Shown: positions 34,909 through 43,879 of the stretch, piece by piece
Position numbering within the stretch: position 1 is the first letter of the stretch
How the letters are laid out: each line of letters opens with the position of its first letter
From: an uncultured cyanobacterium
GTDB lineage: Bacteria; Cyanobacteriota; Cyanobacteriia; PCC-9006; JAAUQQ01
Assembly (NCBI GenBank): GCA_963718615.1
Contig: OY970368.1
Location: forward strand, 3,808,001-3,872,000
Direction of reading: 5' to 3'
DNA: 64,000 nucleotides
Made by a program: the position numbers and the translations under genes
The notes under the pieces: generated by a model
What the model saw: the letters and a program-made list of their open reading frames with translations, nothing else
Told to the model about the DNA's origin: nothing
Databases searched by the model: none

Positions 34909-35676
34909 CTATTTTAAAAATCTTGTAATTCCATTAGCGATCGCATCCGCCGCCCGCACAATCCAAGCATTCAACGTTGCCCCATTGTTCACCGAATCAA
35001 TAAAAAATGATTCCGTCAGCACCGCCGGAACCGACTGCGGTACGCCTCGTAAAACCGCAAGTCCCTGTCGTTTAATCCCTCGATTTTGAATCTCAAATTC
35101 GCGATCGAGTTCTTCATTAATCAACCGCGCTAATCGCTCATCCGCTGCACTTCCTTGAGAATCAATCAACACTTCATGGCCTTGAGCCTGTCGATTAAAA
35201 ACATTCAGATGTAACGAGACAAAGCAATCCGCACCACGGCCCAAGGCTCCAATTTGGGTCAGGCTCATGCCTGTGCCATTTTCAATCAGCGTGACCCTTG
35301 CACCTTGGGCTTCCAGCCTTGCTTTGATCAGCGTGGCTTGTCTCCGCACCAGATCCCGCTCCGTTGCACCGTTGGGGGCGATCGCCCCTGGATCGTTCAC
35401 CCCTCGCTCCACTTCGCCATGGCCAGGGTCGAGGATAATGCGTTTGCCGGTTAGGGCGTTGGAGCTGGCGATCGCACAGCTTTCCGGCTCTGCACTTTCC
35501 AAATCAACAATCATGCCTCTAGGGGCATCGGCACGGGTAAACCAGCTTGGAGGAATATTGAGCCGATATTCCGTCGGACGGCGACCGGTTGGCGAAACTA
35601 TCATCTTTTCGAGAAAACAGCCATCTCCACTTTTCATTAGGTAGAGGCCATTTCTCGTTAATTTTAACCAAGTCAT
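34909..35676 (-). CDS. N-acetylmuramoyl-L-alanine amidase (Amidase_3)
   Basis: IILDPGHG, DPGA, FVSLHLN, AVLTE. Confidence 0.9.
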   Translation of the reverse strand: MTWLKLTRNGLYLMKSGDGCFLEKMIVSPTGRRPTEYRLNIPPSWFTRADAPRGMIVDLESAEPESCAIASSNALTGKRIILDPGHGEVERGVNDPGAIAPNGATERDLVRRQATLIKARLEAQGARVTLIENGTGMSLTQIGALGRGADCFVSLHLNVFNRQAQGHEVLIDSQGSAADERLARLINEELDREFEIQNRGIKRQGLAVLRGVPQSVPAVLTESFFIDSVNNGATLNAWIVRAADAIANGITRFLK

Positions 35677-35811
35677 CGCTTACTCCAAAAGTCGGTAGCG
35701 TCCTTCTGCTCCAATATAATCAAACCGAGCGAGGATTTAGGAGTACCCTGATGGGTAAATGACTCTTGAGGCATTGTTCTCCTATGATCTGGCTGGGTTA
35801 TTGGTGAAGTC

Positions 35812-36573
35812 GGCGTTGCATAATTGAGGGATGATGCAAGAGTAAGAAAACGATGAATTGCCCAGAATGCCAGTCTAGTCATATCCGTAAAAATAGGAAG
35901 AGGCGAGGCAAACAAAATCACATGTGTGTCGATTGCGGACGACAATTCGTCGAGACTCCTCAAACTTATCGTGGCTATAGTGACGAAGTCCGACAAGAGT
36001 GCCTCAAGATGTACACCAATGGGTTGGGGTTTCGGGCGATCGAACGAGTCAAAGGAGTTCATCACACGACTGTGATCACCTGGGTCAAGCAGGTTGGAGA
36101 GCTGCTTCCAGAGACTTATGACCCTGAGGAGAGCCCAGAGGTCGGTGAACTCGATGAGCTTCAGACTTTTGTGGGCCAAAAAAAAACAAAGTCTGGCTCT
36201 GGACAGCTGTAAACCACTTCCAGCCTGGGCTCTTCGCTTGGGTGGTGGGAGACCACATGCCCAAACCTTTGAACCTTTGTGGGAAATCGTCGGTGCGTGG
36301 AAGTGCTTCTTCTACGTTACCGATGGGTACAAGGTTTACCCCAACTACATTCCTGACGAAGACCAGATTGTGAGCAAGACATACATGACTCGGGTAGAAG
36401 GAGAGAATTGTCGGTTACGACACTATCTCGCTCGCTTACGCTTACATCGCAAGACATTGTGCTATTCGAAGTCCCTGGACATGCTGGAACATTCGATACG
36501 TCTGTTGATTCACTACCTCCAGTTCTGGGAGTTGCCCCTACCACCACGATTCATCCCTTAATTCAGCAACGCC
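35812..36573 (+). mobile_element. IS1-family element, probably defective
   Basis: Terminal inverted repeats GGCGTTGCATAATTGAGGGATGA / TCATCCCTTAATTCAGCAACGCC; InsA zinc ribbon 35853-36212; A9C slippery site ~36178; InsB has an extra frameshift near 36256 and a CGCTTA duplication. Confidence 0.9.
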
Positions 36574-36764
36574 GCTTCGACCTTCCGAATTCCGAGTCGG
36601 GTCATCGTGGGCAGATCAGGAGTCACATCCGAGTTTGATGGAAGGGACTTTCACCCTCATCAAGAGGACAGTTCAGCTCTTGAGAGTGCTTCATGTTTGG
36701 AAGCCAAGCTGGCAGAGTTATTTACGGGCTTGCACCGTTATTCATCTGCAACGAATCGCACTCC

Positions 36765-37562
36765 CTATCCCGATTGTGAGGCTGGCTTGTGCTTCGCCAA
36801 CTTCAACGCCGATAACAGCAGGATCGTACCCAATATTAGATACAACAGAGAACTTGATACATACCTTAAAAGATTACTGCCAACAAATGCTCCCAAAATT
36901 GAACCAGATGCCATTGAAATGATAAATTTCTGCTCTGGTTTAACTTCCTTAAGTCTTTGTTGACTTCTGTATTTAAACAGACCCATCAAAATTGTTGGAA
37001 TGCTGATCGCAAGGCTCAAACTTCCTGCCAGCTTAATATCAACTGAAAACAGCAAAATAACTGTTGGGATAATCAACTCTCCACCTGCCACACCCAACAT
37101 ACTACTGAATATACCAATGATAATTCCTGCTAAAAATCCCAAGCTGACTCTTAAAAGATATGGTAATTGCAAACTCTCAAGACTGAAAGTGAGATTATGT
37201 CCTATCAAGACAACGCTCAAAAAAACCAGAAAAACTACAACGACTCTGTTCAATACTCGTTCGTTGATTCGAGTTGCATAATGAACTCCAACATAAGAGC
37301 CAATTAGAGAGCCTGCCAGAATGTTAACAATCACTGTCCAGTTCGCAGCAATATTTTCTAGTCCCACAATGCCGTTCCGAAAAATGAATGAAAATGTCAC
37401 TGTGACAAGACTGACAATGAGGTTGATGATAATTGACTGTAAAGTTCGATAGTTAAAAACGCTGACTAGAATGGGTAGGCGAAACTCTGCACCGCCCAAA
37501 CCAATTAGTCCACCAAGAACTCCAACCAAAGCACCCCAAGCAAACGCCCAAATATTTCGCAT
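36765..37562 (-). CDS. Sulfite exporter TauE/SafE (TSUP) family; probable gene cassette
   Basis: GGLIGLGGAEFRLP and GVAGGELIIP repeats; lies just after R' GTTATGC of the attC at 37696. Confidence 0.88.
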   Translation of the reverse strand: MRNIWAFAWGALVGVLGGLIGLGGAEFRLPILVSVFNYRTLQSIIINLIVSLVTVTFSFIFRNGIVGLENIAANWTVIVNILAGSLIGSYVGVHYATRINERVLNRVVVVFLVFLSVVLIGHNLTFSLESLQLPYLLRVSLGFLAGIIIGIFSSMLGVAGGELIIPTVILLFSVDIKLAGSLSLAISIPTILMGLFKYRSQQRLKEVKPEQKFIISMASGSILGAFVGSNLLRYVSSSLLYLILGTILLLSALKLAKHKPASQSG

Positions 37563-37786
37563 TCAGACCTCCACCTCTTATAGCAGCAAAATTATAAGCG
37601 ATTTACTTTGAGGCTGGGGTAGTCAACTTAACAGCACTTGATTCTGATTGCCTCACAGATAGCTCTCGTCTGCGCCTTCACCAGTAACCGAAGCCGCATA
37701 ACGGCCCCGTTCACCCGCCGCAGAAGCCTTGCGGTCTTAACGGCCAACTTAATACGGTCGGCGTGCCACGCAATTATGGGGGGACA

Positions 37787-38079
37787 GGGGAGAAGAAACA
37801 GGAAGAGACGACTATGCATTGGACGACACAGAGGATGTCTACTAACATACCGAATCGCTCATCCCTCTCCCATGCGCGAATTTGACAGAAGCGCATAAAG
37901 TCAAAAAAGGAGAGCATCTGCCAGCTTGTCGGGACGACTATGCAACGTTAGTCAGAAGATGACTACTAACCTATCGAATTGCCCGTCCAGCCAATCCAAT
38001 CGCATACCAACGAATCCTCAGGGAGCAGGGAAAGACCCTTGACCTAATCTCTTCGCTTTGCGTGGGTGGCAGACTCTCC
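37787..38079 (+). ncRNA. Predicted bridge/seek RNA with two target-binding loops and one donor-binding loop (copy 1)
   Basis: Repeated module GACGACTA-guide-hairpin-CTAAC at 37807 and 37933; closing stems GGGAGA/TCTCCC and GGAGAG..TCTGCCA/TGGCAGACTCTCC; donor guide CTCAGGG 38017-38023. Confidence 0.7.
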
Positions 38080-38108
38080 ATCCAACAAAATACCCCCAAT
38101 CTAACACA

Positions 38109-38543
38109 ATGAAACTCAACCTCAGCACAACCGTTTATGCTGCCTATATCGGCATTGATTGGGCAGACCGCAAACATGATATTGCTCTCTACGATTGCCA
38201 GAATGAGATCTGGGCACAATCCACTATTCAGGCCACCCCTCAGGCGGAGGAAATTGGCAAGCAACGTTGGGTCCATTGGCGTTGGTCTTGTCCTATCTTT
38301 CTGAGGCAAATTTTTGTCGAGTGGGTTACCCATGCTCGGTCTCGTTCGGTCTGGTCACAGGCATTTTATCAACAACAACGACTGGCGGGTAAATCCCATC
38401 AAAAGGCTATTCGTGCTTTGGCATATAAAGGGGGTCAGATTCTTTGGCGATGTTGGCAGGATAGGACTCCTTATGATGAGGAAAAGTATCTCGCTGCTCT
38501 CCGGCGCAAAAACTCTCCTTTGGTCGCTCTTTTACCGGATTAG
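38109..38543 (+). pseudogene. IS110 transposase with large in-frame internal deletion (144 aa)
   Basis: N-terminal YIGIDWADRKHD (first DEDD Asp) fused to C-terminal W.HWR.SC..FLRQ...A.RALA.K...ILWRCW. Confidence 0.88.
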
Positions 38544-38746
38544 TTCTCTATCTTGTTGCTCGATTGAACTGCTTTAGGTTTTGAACCAATCGAATACAAA
38601 AAATACGCAGATGGCTCTGATAGACCAGTTCGGCTGAGACTCAAAACTGACTATTAGGGGGTTTGCGCTGGCTTCAATTCGCTCAGATATTACATCAGAG
38701 TTATTTTTGATATTCTCTATTGACCCCGTCCGCCTCAAGGCCTATG

Positions 38747-39862
38747 TTAGGCACGGGGCTGTTGTTGTGTGGTGCAGTGTATGCCACCACCGCCAGCAGC
38801 GATCGCATCAATATTTAGCTGGACAACATCGCGATCAGGGAATAGATCTTGCAAAGTCGCTTTTGCTTTTTCATCAGCGATGACATTGCCAAACTCTGGC
38901 GCGATGACAGCGCCATTGACCACATAGAAATTGATATAACCTGCGGCAAAATCAGCACTTTTAAACTTGGGACGAATGCTGGTGGGACTTTCAAGGACAG
39001 CCACTTCTAGTTTATGACCATCCGCATCCGTCTCAGACCGCAGAATCTCTAGGTGCTTTTGAGTAACAGCATGGTCGAACGAGGCTGGATCGGGATCATA
39101 TCCAGCAATGACAGTCCCTGGACGCGCAAAGCGGGAATAAAAGTCAGTATGACCATCTGTAATATCTTGCCCTCGGATACCAGGTAACCAAATGATCTTG
39201 CGGAGTCCCAGAAGTGGCTTGAGTAGTGTTTCACACTCAGCTTTAGCCATTCCAGGATTACGATTTTCGTTGAGGACACAGCTTTCGGTGATGATTGCTG
39301 TCCCCTTACCATCCACTTCAATCCCACCACCTTCTAGGACTAACTTAGTATTAATAGCCTGAACACTAGATTTCTGAATGACAAATTCAGCGACTTTTGC
39401 ATCATGGTCATGATCTTGCTTCTGACCCCAACCATTGAAGTTAAAATCAATTCCACCTAAATATCCACGACTATCTTTCACAAAAACAGGACCAGTATCA
39501 CGTATCCACAGGTCATCTAAAGCCGAAACAACCATATCTACAGATGAACCGCATTTTCGGACAGCTATCTCGTAATCTTCTTGTCGAACTAGCATGGATA
39601 CAGGCTCATAGCGAGCGATCGCTTTAGCAATAGTTGCTAGATTGTTTTGCACTTCAGAAAGCAACTTTTGTCCCCAAATGGCACGACTTGCACCAAAAGC
39701 CATCCAAGTACGATCATGAGGCTCTGATTCGTCAGGCATCAACCAAGTCGTTTCCTGTGTTCCCACGGCTTCAGAGTCACTACAACCCAAAACATTGTGC
39801 ACGATCATCGCTCCTGAACAACCTGCCATAAATTGAATCAGTGATCGTCGATTCATGATCAA
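38747..39862 (-). CDS. Agmatine/peptidylarginine deiminase family with Tat-like signal; gene cassette
   Basis: WIRDTGP, LEGG, TDGHTD, GYINF, GGGIHCTTQQQP; MNRRSLIQF N-terminus; stop codon inside attC R''. Confidence 0.93.
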   Translation of the reverse strand: MIMNRRSLIQFMAGCSGAMIVHNVLGCSDSEAVGTQETTWLMPDESEPHDRTWMAFGASRAIWGQKLLSEVQNNLATIAKAIARYEPVSMLVRQEDYEIAVRKCGSSVDMVVSALDDLWIRDTGPVFVKDSRGYLGGIDFNFNGWGQKQDHDHDAKVAEFVIQKSSVQAINTKLVLEGGGIEVDGKGTAIITESCVLNENRNPGMAKAECETLLKPLLGLRKIIWLPGIRGQDITDGHTDFYSRFARPGTVIAGYDPDPASFDHAVTQKHLEILRSETDADGHKLEVAVLESPTSIRPKFKSADFAAGYINFYVVNGAVIAPEFGNVIADEKAKATLQDLFPDRDVVQLNIDAIAAGGGGIHCTTQQQPRA

Positions 39863-39934
39863 CCTATTAACTCAAGGTAATCATGGTAACAGTTCCTGGG
39901 GGATTTTCACGAGGTGAATAGGCAGAATGATTCG

Positions 39935-40000
39935 GCATAACACTCCCAAATTCGGTACTTAGATAGAATCTTTTCTCATAACACACCGCTCAAGCCGAAT
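39935..40000 (-). other. Cassette 5' boundary (GTTATGC) with attI-like degenerate 41-bp periodic units
   Basis: CATAAC at 39936 and 39977; CATAAC-N12-GGTAC resembles GATAAC-N11-GGTAT units at 51350-51563; no attC hairpin partner seen. Confidence 0.45.
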
Positions 40001-40344
40001 AGCCAGAATCTTTCGGCATGTTTTCAGGTTTCTTATGGAAATAACTGCGTGTATTTTTGAATACCTAATGCGTTTATTTATCTCTGTCGAGAAGGGCAAT
40101 GCTGAATGAGGATCTACTCATCGCTAAGGACGTTCGAATTCACTCCTCGATCGTCCTCCTTCTCTCAAAAAGAACGATCGCCCCTTCTAAAGACAGTTCA
40201 TCTGAATGCATCATCTCCGCGCCTCAAGACAGATTTGTTCAGGATGAACTTTAGGTTCTATCTAAAGATGGACGGTCTGAGAGGGCTGACTTTTTAGAGT
40301 TCTTTTAGCTGACATACCCAATTTATCGATCGTCGTATCGCTTT

Positions 40345-41526
40345 ATGTTTAGTCAGCATTTAACTCAGCTATTCTCACGCAAGGATTTCAGGCATGATTT
40401 CAGGCATATTGGTATGACTATAGCTTTGATTCTCGATCGCCCGATCACTGGGATCTCAAAAATGTTGCAGTCTTCTGCTCAAACTGCCCATTACACCAAG
40501 GCAGAAGAGCAATTTATTCAGCTTCTGAGAACTAAAAACCTAGATCAACGGGTGAACTCCCAACCTGAGCTAACTGGCGATTTTTCAGCAACGCTTACCG
40601 ATGCTTTAGCAATTGCTTACTCAGAGTCCTCAACATCTGATGCTGTAGAGTCCGCACAGCTATTTCTGCAACGTATTCTCTACCAAATTAATCGGCTTAA
40701 CTTTTTTTGGTATAGCGACTTGTTGCAGTACGAAAATGAGCGTTCTTCCTATTTGCAACAGGTACGCGACAGCATTGAAGCCGTGTGGCAACCCTGGGAA
40801 CTAGCCCAACTCAATGTTGAGCAGCTGCAAAAACTGGATGTCAAACAAGCGTTGATCGATCGCTGCGAAGCTGATTTGCAGCCTCCTTTGTCCGAAAGCA
40901 AACGCTACATTCAAGAGCAGATGACGCTAGAAGGATATCGCCACCTGATCGCGATCGCTTCTCTAGATGGACTAGTAGAATCTAGCCGCCTTTGCAACAT
41001 TTTAGGAGGTGCCAGTAACGAAATTCAGGCAACGCTGATTCGAGTGCTGATCGAAGAGTATGGGAATGGACGCTTGCCCCGAAAGCATTCCACCTTCTTT
41101 GCTCAAATGATGAGGGAACTAGAGCTGCATTCTGAACCTGAAACCTATTTGGATCTCGTTCCCTGGCAAGTTTTGGCTTGTATTAACCACAACTTCCTAC
41201 TAACCGAACGCAAGCGCCATTTCCTACGCTACATTGGCGGATTTACCTACTTTGAAATTGTCGGGCCGTCTATCTATCGAGACTACATGAAAGCGGCTCA
41301 GCGGTTAAATCTTTCAGATACCGCAATGGGATATTGGGAGCTACACATTCGGGAAGATGAACGACACGGACAATGGATGCTTCACGATGTTGCGCTAGCT
41401 CTGGCAGATCAGTATCCAGAGCAGGCTTGGGAGCTCGTACTGGGCTATGAGCAAGATAAATGGATGGGCGATCGTGCTGGCAAAGCGATCTTTCAAATGA
41501 TTCAACAAGCTGAGCACTCTTCCTGA
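40345..41526 (+). CDS. Heme-oxygenase-like iron-containing redox enzyme
   Basis: EEYGNG...H, FE, YWELHIREDERHG di-iron type motifs; start may be downstream (40414 or 40462). Confidence 0.88.
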   Translation: MFSQHLTQLFSRKDFRHDFRHIGMTIALILDRPITGISKMLQSSAQTAHYTKAEEQFIQLLRTKNLDQRVNSQPELTGDFSATLTDALAIAYSESSTSDAVESAQLFLQRILYQINRLNFFWYSDLLQYENERSSYLQQVRDSIEAVWQPWELAQLNVEQLQKLDVKQALIDRCEADLQPPLSESKRYIQEQMTLEGYRHLIAIASLDGLVESSRLCNILGGASNEIQATLIRVLIEEYGNGRLPRKHSTFFAQMMRELELHSEPETYLDLVPWQVLACINHNFLLTERKRHFLRYIGGFTYFEIVGPSIYRDYMKAAQRLNLSDTAMGYWELHIREDERHGQWMLHDVALALADQYPEQAWELVLGYEQDKWMGDRAGKAIFQMIQQAEHSS

Positions 41527-41598
41527 GTTTATTTGCTTTGTCTCCGGAGGCGCTGATGGTCCTCCTCATTTCTTCATTCCTAAAACTGGACTTTTCTT

Positions 41599-42342
41599 AT
41601 GAAAGAAGCTTTACTGAGCGCTGGTAATGCAGCCACAGCCTATTCACCCAACCAAGTGTTTCTCTGCCCCGAAGAATCTCAGTTTTATTCTCAATGCATT
41701 GAGAAAATGGTTGCTTATCATTGCACCCCCGCTGACTCAGTAGTTGAGTTTGGTGCTGGAGAAGGTAGCCCAGTGATCAACTGCTTGTTGAAAACTAAAT
41801 TTGATGCGTTCATTCAAGGCTATGAGCTAAATCCTGCTGCTTGTGAGCTGGCAAATTCTAGAATCGAACAGTATCAGCTAAAGCACAAGTATAAAGTTCA
41901 TAACAAGTGTTTCTTCAACAATTTCTCTGTTTATGCAAATTACCTGATTGCAAATCCCCCTTACCTTCCTGCACCTGATGACGACCTTTACATGCCTACT
42001 TTGCATGGTGGAACTGACGGTGCAACGATTACCAAAAGACTATTATCAGTAGGATGTGAAAGCCTACTGCTGATGGTCTCGGCATATTCTAATCCCATTG
42101 AAACAATCGAGTATGCTGCTGCTGAAGGCTATCAAGTGACGGATTTCATGGTTTCACCTCTACAATTTGGTTACTATAGCCGTGAACCCAAAGTGAGAGA
42201 CGCGATCGCAGAGCTTCGCACTCAACGTAAGGCATTTTATTCTAAAAACATCTACTTTCTTGCCGGTGTATTATTCCAAGAGAGAAACCGCTCTAGACCG
42301 GATTTATCTACAGAGTTGCTAAAGATAATGACGGCTCTGTAA
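41599..42342 (+). CDS. Class I SAM-dependent methyltransferase
   Basis: VEFGAGEG motif I, ANPPYLP motif IV. Confidence 0.88.
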   Translation: MKEALLSAGNAATAYSPNQVFLCPEESQFYSQCIEKMVAYHCTPADSVVEFGAGEGSPVINCLLKTKFDAFIQGYELNPAACELANSRIEQYQLKHKYKVHNKCFFNNFSVYANYLIANPPYLPAPDDDLYMPTLHGGTDGATITKRLLSVGCESLLLMVSAYSNPIETIEYAAAEGYQVTDFMVSPLQFGYYSREPKVRDAIAELRTQRKAFYSKNIYFLAGVLFQERNRSRPDLSTELLKIMTAL

Positions 42343-42377
42343 AACACAGCTCTCTATTTCATAGCTTCCAAGCTTCA

Positions 42378-42500
42378 TCACTCATGGGCTTGATTCCGTA
42401 TCCCAAACAATGCCATAGTCTACACCGAAGTAGTTATGAATCAATCGATCGGGTATTCCAGCCATAGCCCGCCATTCAATGGCATCGTATTTTAACGTAA
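42378..42500 (-). pseudogene. HepT/DUF86 toxin fragment
   Basis: Minus strand reads KYDAIEWRAMAGIPDRLIHNYFGVDYGIVWD; no N-terminus; RX4H arginine appears replaced by Pro. Confidence 0.75.
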
Positions 42501-42620
42501 CCCATCTGGTAACTGTTTGAGCTTAGGGTGGCGATCGCCCTCAACCAAACCAAACCTTGCCTCTACCAAATCCGAATCAATAATTTGATATAGTGACTCA
42601 AATCAGCGGCGGCAGATTAT

Positions 42621-42652
42621 GTGGTTGGGTTTCTTTCGTCAACCCAACCTAC
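42621..42652. repeat. REP-like palindrome
   Basis: GGTTGGGTT-TCTTTCGTC-AACCCAACC followed by TAC. Confidence 0.55.
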
Positions 42653-42808
42653 AGGCGAACAATCGCACTTCACTCCTACTTTAGATCAGCCTATCTCAAC
42701 CTGTAGACCCATGTTTTTCCCCACCCTTCTCTCTATAGTTAAAATGAACACTATTTTGCAACATTTTGAAAATGGGTTAGTGGTAATAATTCGCAGGGAG
42801 AATAGACT

Positions 42809-43519
42809 ATGTTTTTTCACAAAAAAGAACTCATCCACAAGGTTGAGATTAAGGAAGCAAATCCTCGATATGCTCAACTGCTGCTAGAACAGTTTGGTGG
42901 CGCTACAGGAGAGCTTTCTGCGGCATTGCAATATTGGGTGCAGTCCTTCCATGTTGAGAATGCAGGGATACGCGATATGCTACAAGACATTGCGATCGAA
43001 GAATTTAGCCATCTCGAAATGGTGGGCAAACTCATCGAAGGGCATACCAAGAATGTTGATCAAACAGAAGCATTCAAAAGCACACTATTTGCTGTGCGGG
43101 GAGCCGGCCCTCATTTTCTAGACAGCCAGGGCAGTGCGTGGACTGCAAGCTATCTGAATGAGGGAGGTGATGTTGTGCGCGACCTCAGAGCAAACATTGC
43201 CGCAGAAGCCGGGGCACGCCAGACTTACGAAGAACTGATCAAGTTAGCTACTGATGAAGGAACCAAACAAACGTTAGTTCATCTGTTAACGCGGGAAATT
43301 TCTCACACCAAGATGTTCATGAAAGCTTTGGAGTCGTTGGGCAAATTGGACGAGCCATTTTTCGGCAATATTCAACCTGACGAGACCGTTAATCTTTACT
43401 TCAACTTGTCCTCTAATGGAGAGAAAGATGAGCGTGGTCCCTGGAATTCCGATGAGAACTTTGAGTACATCGCAGATCCTTTTAAACAGGGCAAAGCTCC
43501 AGCTCAACGCGAAGCTTAA
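42809..43519 (+). CDS. katB: Manganese catalase (KatB-like)
   Basis: EQFGG..GELSAALQY, EEFSHLE, ANIAAE..A, REISH. Confidence 0.93.
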   Translation: MFFHKKELIHKVEIKEANPRYAQLLLEQFGGATGELSAALQYWVQSFHVENAGIRDMLQDIAIEEFSHLEMVGKLIEGHTKNVDQTEAFKSTLFAVRGAGPHFLDSQGSAWTASYLNEGGDVVRDLRANIAAEAGARQTYEELIKLATDEGTKQTLVHLLTREISHTKMFMKALESLGKLDEPFFGNIQPDETVNLYFNLSSNGEKDERGPWNSDENFEYIADPFKQGKAPAQREA

Positions 43520-43559
43520 ACAAAACTAGGGTAGCGCGTTTTAGACCTGTGGAGGCGAC

Positions 43560-43650
43560 CTTGGTACCGCTGTTTACCTGCCCCAGAGCAATCGGGCTTG
43601 ACTACATCATCCCCATTACAATTTGGGCAAAGTAGAAGTTCTAAAAGCAT
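43560..43650 (-). pseudogene. IS1-like InsA zinc-ribbon remnant
   Basis: MLLELLLCPNCNGDDVVK...GKQRY. Confidence 0.6.
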
Positions 43651-43742
43651 ACGTCGATTGAGGAGAAATAACCTGTCCAAAGGCTCCCTTATCTCCACAT
43701 GTCTAGAAAACCATATCAACTTAAAACTTTGTCTTTGGAGCA

Positions 43743-43813
43743 ACTTAACTGTAACTCGGCGGCAAGAATAACCGATAGCCCTAAAGAACGTCCTGTGCAA
43801 GCGGTGGTTAGGC
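43743..43813 (-). other. Degenerate attC of the 338-aa cassette
   Basis: R'' GCCTAAC (43807-43813) matches the cassette start GTTAGGC; L''-like GTGCAAGC on plus strand; R'/L' arm eroded. Confidence 0.55.
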
Positions 43814-43879
43814 AGTCTCAAGAAGACACGAGAAAGCTCATAGTTATGTTTTCTAAAGATGTCTATGGTAGTACATAAC

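Larger units (their letters stand above)
37775..38745 (+). mobile_element. Internally deleted IS110-family element, copy 1, inserted in attC
   Basis: Near-identical to 45008-45979; ends TATGGGGGGAC...CCCCGTCC.CCTCAAGGCCTAT; truncated transposase. Confidence 0.9.
37696..38752 (-). other. attC site of the deiminase cassette, split by IS110 copy 1 (halves 37696-37774 and 38746-38752)
   Basis: Minus strand: R'' GCCTAAC (contains the gene's stop), L'' CGTGGCAC, stem CCGACCG/CGGCGG, L' GTGAACG, R' GTTATGC. Confidence 0.85.

Noticed and set aside
34288-35676. Prophage
   Set aside because: Only a tube gene and an amidase; no capsid, terminase, portal or phage integrase.
37807-37990. CRISPR-like mini array in the IS left end
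   Set aside because: Variable parts are only ~7-9 nt within a folded scaffold; better explained as bridge-RNA loops.
37775-38745. Group IIC-attC intron
   Set aside because: No reverse transcriptase ORF, no GTGCG 5' end or domain V; ORF is IS110-like.
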